From Candidatus Altimarinota bacterium (GTDB lineage Bacteria > Patescibacteriota > Gracilibacteria > 1-14-2-50-48-13): a DNA stretch of 64,000 bases. Each line of letters opens with the position of its first letter. The stretch's first letter is position 1. Both the position numbers and the translations under genes were made by a program. This document shows positions 21,447 through 29,286 of the stretch, piece after piece. The notes below the pieces were generated by a model. That model was not told the DNA's origin, ran no database searches, and saw only the letters and a list, made by a program, of their open reading frames with translations. The stretch lies in assembly GCA_046314355.1 (NCBI GenBank), contig JBKBWQ010000001.1:512001-576000 (forward strand), read 5' to 3'.

Positions 21447-23579
21447 CTAAAATCTGCTGTAACTCATTCCTTCTTTTGCATCTTTATATGTCACCATATC
21501 AACTACCTCTTTTTCAGATCCATATAATAATCTTACAGCATCACTGGTATTTCCTAATGTGATCTTTGTATCTATATCAGAGAGTATCAGATAACTTTGA
21601 GAGCTTATTTGTCTTCCTTTTAAGCTTACAGGCATGCTTCCTCCTTCTTCGTCATCAAGGAATATATCGCAGAAGGTAATATGTTCATTAGTAGGATTGT
21701 AAATTTCTATCCACTCTGCGCCTGTATCTACACCCTTTGGATTAGGAAATATTTCTGAGAGAATTACATTGGTCTCTATCGAGGAGCTGCATACATTGTT
21801 TGGAATTGTTTGTATATTTCCAGAAGTGCCTCCTGAGGATACTGGCAAGACATCGATATGGATTGTCTTTGTAGCAGTATCTCCAAGTACATTTGTAACT
21901 TTTAAACTTACAGTATAGCTCCCTGCAATACTATAAATATGATCAGTGGGATTCATCTCAGCACTTACAGTCCCATCACCGAAGTCCCATAAATATGACT
22001 CGATGCCGTATATATCTGATGATCCCTCTCCTGTAAGATTAAGGTGAAATGGGACAGCACCACTCACTTTGCCATCACCTTGTATCTGCATATTTACTAT
22101 TGGTGATGAATGCGGTATTACATTGGGAGATCCAGGAGTTTCAAGGGGGATTACTTCCCATAGATCTTTTGTGTTCCCCTCAGAAGGATAACTGCCTTTT
22201 TCTTTTCTCATGAGAGATTTCCCTGAGGTAACAACTTTAGCATCTACACATGCTCCATTCCAAAGACCATGAATACCTGTAAAACTATCATAATCACTTC
22301 TCTCAGTACTTGCGATAGGAAGCGTTTCCCAACATACGCCATCAACTGGAGTTCCCTGATACATAAGAGTAATTTGTTCCGTAGTTCCAACTAATGAAGA
22401 TGGAGCTGTAACTATCTTCTGTAATGTGGGGTCCATCTCTGTACGCGCTCCTCCAAAGCTAATAAGAGCATATCCGTCACTCGCAATTGGCGTATCATCA
22501 AGCGGTATAGCAGTTTGATCTATTTGGAGTGAAAACCCCCGCAATGATGAAAACGAACTGCCAGAGGGTGAAAAATATAATTCAAGAAAATCTTTTTTCC
22601 CGTCTGATGGGTTAAAAGATAGTTCATTTATGTAGGGATATAGTAGCGGCACTGGTTTAAAATACGTAAGTGTTATAGATTTCAAAGATGACTCATCATT
22701 ATTGAGAAAATATGAAAACATATATGTCCCCTCTTCTTCAATTTGTACTCGAAACTGCCCTGAAGTAATCTCATAAAAACCGTTGCCTTCATCAAGATGT
22801 AGAACTGCACCTGAAGAGGTAAGAATCTGTAAATCTATCGGATTCTCCGAGCTAAAAGTATCTTCTGCAAATATCGTTTCATCTATAAAGACGGTAGCTA
22901 CAGGCAATACAGATCCCGTAGATATATTCTGATTCATCTCTGGATTTATATTTTGATTACTAACAGCTGGATTATCCTGCAGTGTATGTACTCCCGGTGT
23001 TGCACTACCATAGTTCCAACATATTGTATTTGTATTACTACGGCAAGTACGCATGATCGACCATCCCTCTGTCCCTGAGACAGGCACATATAGATTTTGC
23101 TGCCAGATTCCTTTTTCGATAGCTATGGTCTCATGAATCTGAGCAGATGCTCCATATTCCACATAATCCATCAAAGTGGCAGCAACATGAGTTTGAGAAG
23201 TAAAAAGAGCGACTGCCCCATTGGTATTCTTCATATTTGTGCTTCCAAAAGTTGCACCAGTAAATATTGTTTCAGCTGTATTTATTCCATCTTTTCGAAA
23301 ATATATAGTAAGCGTGGACAGCGGAGCAATCTGTGTTGCCTGAGGAATAGTAAAATATGGCAGATCAGCAGCATCAATATCCCAGCCACCAATAGCCTGA
23401 GTCTCATTTGTGATATTCACAAGCTCTACAAATTCTGCTCCAGTATCACTGCCGTCTGGATTCATCTGAACTTCACTTATTCTGACAGGAAATATATTTT
23501 CAGAAGAGGCAGAAGGAAGAGAAATAAGAATTATTGCGGATAAAATACTCATAAACAAGACTAGCCGGACCATATGCAT
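21447..23579 (-). CDS. Secreted lamin-tail-domain (x3) protein with a PKD domain
   Basis: ISEVQMNPDGSD.GAEFVEL, INELSFNP..KDFLEL, LSEIFPNP.G.D.GAEWIEI; WDFGDG (PKD). Confidence 0.85.
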   Translation of the reverse strand: MHMVRLVLFMSILSAIILISLPSASSENIFPVRISEVQMNPDGSDTGAEFVELVNITNETQAIGGWDIDAADLPYFTIPQATQIAPLSTLTIYFRKDGINTAETIFTGATFGSTNMKNTNGAVALFTSQTHVAATLMDYVEYGASAQIHETIAIEKGIWQQNLYVPVSGTEGWSIMRTCRSNTNTICWNYGSATPGVHTLQDNPAVSNQNINPEMNQNISTGSVLPVATVFIDETIFAEDTFSSENPIDLQILTSSGAVLHLDEGNGFYEITSGQFRVQIEEEGTYMFSYFLNNDESSLKSITLTYFKPVPLLYPYINELSFNPSDGKKDFLELYFSPSGSSFSSLRGFSLQIDQTAIPLDDTPIASDGYALISFGGARTEMDPTLQKIVTAPSSLVGTTEQITLMYQGTPVDGVCWETLPIASTERSDYDSFTGIHGLWNGACVDAKVVTSGKSLMRKEKGSYPSEGNTKDLWEVIPLETPGSPNVIPHSSPIVNMQIQGDGKVSGAVPFHLNLTGEGSSDIYGIESYLWDFGDGTVSAEMNPTDHIYSIAGSYTVSLKVTNVLGDTATKTIHIDVLPVSSGGTSGNIQTIPNNVCSSSIETNVILSEIFPNPKGVDTGAEWIEIYNPTNEHITFCDIFLDDEEGGSMPVSLKGRQISSQSYLILSDIDTKITLGNTSDAVRLLYGSEKEVVDMVTYKDAKEGMSYSRF

Positions 23580-23715
23580 TTTTCAGGGTGTAAGAAAGTA
23601 GATATACTACAAAACTACTCCTAGAGCTAAAAAAAGCAAATCACCCCTAAGTAGGAATCATTTGCTTTTGAGAAGAGAGTTCACAGTAGTTGTTTATAAA
23701 AATAAACAACACTTC

Positions 23716-25374
23716 TTATTTTGAAACACTCTTTAATATTTCTGCCATATGCTCAGAACTGCCTCCTGTAGTGACATATACTTTTCCATCAGTGCCCTTT
23801 ACAGCGTATTGTGTAGTGCCATCTGTAGCTTCAATCTCATAAGCAGAGACACCTCCTACGGTAGTTTTAGAAGCACTAGTGAGATCCACACCAGCAGAAG
23901 TGTAGACCTTCAGTGTTACTTGTTCTTCAGGATTCTCATCAAGAGGCTTTGAACTAAATGTAACCTGCTGTACTCCTCCCTTTTCAGCAAGAGTTGATCC
24001 CTGGTAATACCAGTTATTAGGAAACTGCACTTTTACACCTGTCTTATCATTTGCATAAAGATTTTTTCCTTCAGCAACATCTGCAGTTTTTTCCGGAGCA
24101 CCAGAGGATGCAACTGCATATACTTCCCTATTGGAATTTGGAGCAGGATTTACACCACCTAAAGTTGTCCATTTGGATGTTGCAGGATCTATTTTAAATA
24201 ACCCTTGCTGAGAGACTTTATACGTTCCATCTCCATTATCTGCATATGAGTATGCAACTTTCTTTGTATCTTCACCTTCCTTATATGTTACATACACATA
24301 CTTGCCTCCTGCAATTTCAATCTTGCTTACCGTAGAGCTGTCTACACCCTGCGGGAGCATATAACTATTCTGTTTAAGATACGAAAGGATTGTAGGGGCA
24401 GTAGAAGTTGGTGCTGAGGTATTCGTAGATGCACTAGTGTTTTGATTAACATTAGCAGCTGGGACTGGAGTTGGAGTTGACGGACTAGTAGTAGTACTCT
24501 GATTACTATTTTTATTCGGAAGTACAAATTCTTCACCTGAAGGATTACTGCCAGTAGTAATTGAAGTTGTGGAGAATGTGTCATCAGAAGTGTTCTGATT
24601 TGTAGACTGAACAGGTAAGGTCCCCGGCACAAAGAACTCAAATGAATTACCAAGTTCTGCAAACTGTCTAATCACAAGATTCTGCTCAAGCTCTTTTCCA
24701 GAATACTTGAAATGAACTGTGTAGAAGTAGCTATTTTTTGCAATAAGGATAATCTCCTCATTTGAATCATCAGTGGCAATACGGATTCCTTCCACATCTC
24801 CGAATTCTGTCTCAATAACCTCAGCATCCTTATAGTTTATCCCTATCCAATTGGAAAGAGTCTGATTAACCTTTGGAACAATACGAAAAATCTCCAAAAT
24901 TGATTCTCCATTTTCTTTCGTTACTAGAGAAATCTTTGTTGTTTCTTTTTCATCAACACTCCAAGCAGCTGGATACTGAAACCGTATTCCTAGAGTATTG
25001 CTCGCATAAGTCTGAAGTGCTCCTCCAGTGATTGAATTCTGGTTCATATTAGTATTCTCACCTACGCTCAAAACTTCAAAAATTGTTTTTTCATCATTTT
25101 TATAATATCCACTTACTACCACTGCCTGATTAAAATATTTTTCAAGAGAGACAAGTGTGCTTGTAAGATTTACTTCACTACCTCCATCCATTTTCAATAG
25201 AAAATCCGTATCAGAAGGAGGAGTTGGATGCACCAACTGCCCTTTTAATTCTATGCTTTCCTGATTTGCAAGTGAAGCATTACTGTTTTCATTACTATTG
25301 CCGCACGATACAAAAGTCAAAAGTCCAATGGAGATTACTCCTGCAAGCACCAAGTGTTTCATTACATTCTTCAT
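23716..25374 (-). CDS. Lipoprotein with PsbP-like domains and S/T/N-rich linkers
   Basis: Lipobox FVSC; GIRFQYPAAW and GVKVQFPNNW repeats. Confidence 0.7.
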   Translation of the reverse strand: MKNVMKHLVLAGVISIGLLTFVSCGNSNENSNASLANQESIELKGQLVHPTPPSDTDFLLKMDGGSEVNLTSTLVSLEKYFNQAVVVSGYYKNDEKTIFEVLSVGENTNMNQNSITGGALQTYASNTLGIRFQYPAAWSVDEKETTKISLVTKENGESILEIFRIVPKVNQTLSNWIGINYKDAEVIETEFGDVEGIRIATDDSNEEIILIAKNSYFYTVHFKYSGKELEQNLVIRQFAELGNSFEFFVPGTLPVQSTNQNTSDDTFSTTSITTGSNPSGEEFVLPNKNSNQSTTTSPSTPTPVPAANVNQNTSASTNTSAPTSTAPTILSYLKQNSYMLPQGVDSSTVSKIEIAGGKYVYVTYKEGEDTKKVAYSYADNGDGTYKVSQQGLFKIDPATSKWTTLGGVNPAPNSNREVYAVASSGAPEKTADVAEGKNLYANDKTGVKVQFPNNWYYQGSTLAEKGGVQQVTFSSKPLDENPEEQVTLKVYTSAGVDLTSASKTTVGGVSAYEIEATDGTTQYAVKGTDGKVYVTTGGSSEHMAEILKSVSK

Positions 25375-25590
25375 ATAAACATTTTATAAATAGGCGAAAT
25401 TAGATACAAATAGTGTAAGATAACACTAGTATTAGGCAAGATAAAAGAGGCACCAGGACTTGTTATGTCTTGCATGAAACTTGCAGCATGGCGCAATAGT
25501 ATTTTTTATCTTCCTCGCCTAATGAACTTGCAAACAAGGCTTTTTTGGTTAGAGTAAATGCAGTTTTTTGTTTTCAATTTTTTTATTATC

Positions 25591-26886
25591 ATGAACATTC
25601 TTTTAAGTTCAGCTCCGGAACATATCGGAAAAGAGGTTACTATCCAAGGATGGATGTCAGGAAAACGCTCTTCAGGAAAGATACATTTTCTTCAGCTGAG
25701 AGATGGTACGCAAATTATACAAGGTGTCGTTGTAAAAGGAGAAGTAGATGATAGTGTTTTTGAAATAGCAGATACTCTTACACAAGAATCATCTCTTAAA
25801 GTAACAGGAACTCTCAAAGAAGAACCTCGAAGTCCTACAGGAGTAGAAATGCAGGTAAAAAGTATTGAGATAGTTCATCTTACATCAGAAGAGTTCCCAA
25901 TAAACAAGGCTGACCATGGTCCTGATTTTCTTTTAAACCATAGACATCTTTGGCTTCGCACAAAAAAACAATGGGCGATTCAAAGAGTACGAAACACAGT
26001 AATCAATGCAACTTATGAGTTCTTTGCAAAAGAAGACTTCACGAAGATTGATGCTCCGATTTTTACACCTACTTCATGTGAAGACACTACAGAGCTCTTT
26101 GAAGTAAACTATTTCGAAGATAAGGCATATCTCACACAATCCGGACAGCTTTATATTGAAGCTGCAATATTCAGCTTCGGGCGGGTGTTTGACTTTGGTC
26201 CAGTATTCAGATCTGAGAAATCTAAGACACGGCGTCATCTTACAGAATTCTGGATGATGGATGCTGAGATGGCTTATGTAGACCAGCAAGGAAATATGGA
26301 GATTCAGGAAAAACTCATGAAGCATATTATTACCAGAGTACTTGAAAAGAATCTCATGGAACTTGCTATTACAGAAAGAGATTTAGAACCACTCAAACGT
26401 GCAGTAGAAAAGCCGTTCCATCATATCACTCATAAGGATGCCGTTGCCATGCTCAAGACAATGGGATCTGATATTACAGAAAATGATGATCTTGGAGCAG
26501 ATGATGAGACAATGCTTACGGAGGCGCATGATAACTTTATTTTTGTGGAGAAATATCCGTACGCAGTAAAGTCATTCTATATGAAGAAAGATCCTGCAAA
26601 TCCTTTCTATGCCCTCTGTGCAGATCTTCTAGCGCCAGAAGGATACGGCGAGATCATCGGCGGATCTCAGCGTGAAGATAATTATGATGAACTTTTAAAG
26701 GAAATTAAAAATCATAATATCCCTGTAGAGACTATGCAGTGGTATCTTGATCTAAGAAAATACGGATCAGTACCTCATTCAGGATTTGGATATGGTCTTG
26801 AGAGAATCGTACGGTGGCTTACAGGAACTCATCATATCCGAGAGACAATCCCATTCCCTCGATTGATGAATAGGATTGTACCATAG
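25591..26886 (+). CDS. asnS: Asparagine--tRNA ligase
   Basis: GKIHFLQLRDG, AYLTQSGQLY, FRSEKSKTRRHLTEFWM, EIIGGSQRE, PHSGFGYGLER. Confidence 0.95.
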   Translation: MNILLSSAPEHIGKEVTIQGWMSGKRSSGKIHFLQLRDGTQIIQGVVVKGEVDDSVFEIADTLTQESSLKVTGTLKEEPRSPTGVEMQVKSIEIVHLTSEEFPINKADHGPDFLLNHRHLWLRTKKQWAIQRVRNTVINATYEFFAKEDFTKIDAPIFTPTSCEDTTELFEVNYFEDKAYLTQSGQLYIEAAIFSFGRVFDFGPVFRSEKSKTRRHLTEFWMMDAEMAYVDQQGNMEIQEKLMKHIITRVLEKNLMELAITERDLEPLKRAVEKPFHHITHKDAVAMLKTMGSDITENDDLGADDETMLTEAHDNFIFVEKYPYAVKSFYMKKDPANPFYALCADLLAPEGYGEIIGGSQREDNYDELLKEIKNHNIPVETMQWYLDLRKYGSVPHSGFGYGLERIVRWLTGTHHIRETIPFPRLMNRIVP

Positions 26887-26892
26887 GGACAG

Positions 26893-26962
26893 AAGTAAAT
26901 TAGTAATTAGTAATTAAGTAAATAGGGCTGCAATAATTAATTTAATTACTGCAGTCCTATTT
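26893..26962. repeat. AGTAATT-type short tandem tract followed by a long hairpin (terminator-like)
   Basis: AGTAAATT AGTAATT AGTAATTA AGTAAAT; AAATAGGGCTGCAATAATTAA-T-TTAATTACTGCAGTCCTATTT. Confidence 0.7.
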
Positions 26963-26983
26963 AAAATCCGCTTACATACTTAC

Positions 26984-28861
26984 TTACTTACTTACTTCCC
27001 CCTTCATCCCCATCACAAAATTCAAATACGCTTCATTCTCCTTTAAAAAGATCCGTAGTCTTTCCTGCTCATAGGGAGTGAGTGAGGTCCGAGGAAGCTT
27101 ATCTAGGTAGACTTTTTTGTAAAAACTTGGCGTAAAACTTATATATTTATCAAAGTACTTCTTTGCCTCGGCTATATTTCCAAGACGTGCAACAGCTTCT
27201 CCTGCATATAGTGGGATCAAAGGACAATTTGGACAGAGTGTTTCCGCTTTCTTAAAACTCTCCAATGCCCTTTCATTATCTTTTAATAGTGCATATGCTC
27301 TTCCCTTCTGCATATACACAAAATAATCATGCCCATTTATAGCTTCTGCCTTTTGTACAAAATTTAGTTTATCTTCAGGTTCATTTAATTCATCACTGCC
27401 AAAGACGAGGTATTCATATCTATATGGACTCATATCGATACTTTGTATGAGTTTTCCGATATTCTGCTCCTGCCTTGCTTCTGCATAAAGAATATCACCG
27501 GTATATATTCTATACCCTGCTACGGCAAAGATACTGCCTGCTATTGCGACAATTACAGCAGTTGAAAAGATGCTTATTTTATTCTTTACAGCTGCACTTT
27601 TACCAACAAAGGTAACTATAAGTATAAAAGAAAAAATAACACCAGAAGTTACTTTTGTTACGGTAGTAAAAAAGCCTGCAAAGTAACTTACCTCAAGAGC
27701 TATCAGAGATATTACCAACGTGCATACTAGAAGTCTATCCTCTGTGGAAGCTTTTTCAGTCCGCATAAAATACTCTTTAACATACCTGATGATCATCATA
27801 ATGCATACAACTGCAAATATTAATCCTATAACTCCCTGCTCTGTCACTAGATCAAGCAAACTATTATGAGCTCGGTCTGGCATGTTTGTAAAGTTTTCCG
27901 TTTCCCCCATACCTTGAGGAAAAAATGGTGAGAATGCATAGCTGAATGAATCAAATCCATACCCCGTCCATGGACTTTTTGAAATCATCTCAATAACATA
28001 AGGTAGGAGATACGCTCTTGTAAGAATAGATCTTGTAAATGCGCCGTCAAATACCTTGAAGGAGATATAGAAGAGTATAATTCCAGACAGGAGTAATAAT
28101 GCCTTAGCTAGATAAGGTTTTAGCCTTTGCTTTACTTCCTGAGAAAGCATTACTCTATATGAATAGAACCCAAAGAATAATAATGCTAATAAAAATGCTG
28201 CAATGGACGCTCTATTCTCAGTAGCTAGAAGAGCAAGTATTTGAATAAAAAAACTGATTCGCAAAAGAACCTTTTTCCATCGAGCACTATTTTGCTCACG
28301 AAATATAAAGAAAATATGAAGCAGCAAACATACAACTAAAAACTGTCCTAAAAAGTTTGGATGACCTGCAGCTCCATAGATTCGGCCAAGAGTTGAGGCA
28401 ATGCCTCCAAAAGGATATGCTGAAATAAACTGCCACAACGCTGTCAAAGATACTAATACTCCTCCACCTATAATTCCATAAAGAACTGAAAGTATTTCAT
28501 TTTTCTTCCATATTCTTGTTAGCATCAAGAAAGACATAAATACAATTCCTAGAATCAAGAATAATCCCTGATGCCGCTCATATGATCCCCAAAAACTCAG
28601 CTCTGGAGTCAAAGCAAAGAATGTATTTGCCGCCAAATATAAAAGATACAAAACTACAGTTATAAAAAACCACGGTATTCTTTTAAAAATATCCATAGTC
28701 ATATTTCCCTCAGCAAGGACCTCATTCGCTCTCACAAAAGCTACCACTCCGCATCCTGCAACAAGAAAAAAAGCAATTTTCGGTAATTCAAAGTGCTGGG
28801 CAGTCTGCAAAGAATATGCTACAGGAAACAATATAAAGAAGAGTTGAAGCAGCCGAGCCAT
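26984..28861 (-). CDS. O-antigen ligase / O-oligosaccharyltransferase-like protein with TPR C-terminus
   Basis: SFWGSYERHQG, GHPNFLG, TENRAS, WTGYG, DRAHNS; many TM helices; TPR-like tail. Confidence 0.85.
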   Translation of the reverse strand: MARLLQLFFILFPVAYSLQTAQHFELPKIAFFLVAGCGVVAFVRANEVLAEGNMTMDIFKRIPWFFITVVLYLLYLAANTFFALTPELSFWGSYERHQGLFLILGIVFMSFLMLTRIWKKNEILSVLYGIIGGGVLVSLTALWQFISAYPFGGIASTLGRIYGAAGHPNFLGQFLVVCLLLHIFFIFREQNSARWKKVLLRISFFIQILALLATENRASIAAFLLALLFFGFYSYRVMLSQEVKQRLKPYLAKALLLLSGIILFYISFKVFDGAFTRSILTRAYLLPYVIEMISKSPWTGYGFDSFSYAFSPFFPQGMGETENFTNMPDRAHNSLLDLVTEQGVIGLIFAVVCIMMIIRYVKEYFMRTEKASTEDRLLVCTLVISLIALEVSYFAGFFTTVTKVTSGVIFSFILIVTFVGKSAAVKNKISIFSTAVIVAIAGSIFAVAGYRIYTGDILYAEARQEQNIGKLIQSIDMSPYRYEYLVFGSDELNEPEDKLNFVQKAEAINGHDYFVYMQKGRAYALLKDNERALESFKKAETLCPNCPLIPLYAGEAVARLGNIAEAKKYFDKYISFTPSFYKKVYLDKLPRTSLTPYEQERLRIFLKENEAYLNFVMGMKGEVSK

Positions 28862-28939
28862 AGAAACAGGAGAAATAATTTGACCTTACTATAAAAGATT
28901 TGAGAAAAATAGGAAGAGATGAAGAAAATTTGGGCTCGA

Positions 28940-28969
28940 GGGCTCGGAGTGTGAGTGATAGTGAGAGTA
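28940..28969. repeat. 30-bp dispersed repeat, copy 2
   Basis: GGGCTCGGAGTGTGAGTGATAGTGAGAGTA. Confidence 0.8.
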
Positions 28970-28999
28970 CTGAAAAACCCAATGCTTATTGTTAGGAAT

Positions 29000-29142
29000 C
29001 CCTCTACGCCAAAAAGAACTAGAACCTTATAGTTCAGGTGTAGGCTACGAAGGACATTCTTCGCCCTATATAAAAAATCTTCGCCTGCGAAGATTCATTC
29101 CATTCCGGCTGTGCCATTCGTAGCTTCGTGAGAAGCGAAGAA
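29000..29142. repeat. Multi-hairpin element abutting the tRNA-Glu 3' end
   Basis: GCTACGAAGG/ATTCGTAGC and CATTCTTCGC/GCGAAGAATG inverted pairs; AATCTTCGC-CT-GCGAAGATT hairpin. Confidence 0.6.
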
Positions 29143-29217
29143 TGGTGACCCCACGGAGAATCGAACTCCGATTATCAGATTGAAAATCTGGCGTCCTAAC
29201 CGTTAGACGATGGGGCC
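29143..29217 (-). tRNA. tRNA-Glu(TTC)
   Basis: GGCCCCATCGTCTAACGGTTAGGACG-CCAGA-TTTTCAA-TCTGA...GTTCGATTC...CCA. Confidence 0.93.
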
Positions 29218-29286
29218 ATTTACTTAAAAACGCTACTTAGGGATTGTAGCGTTTTCAAGAAGAGAGTCAATTGAATTTTATTCAGC

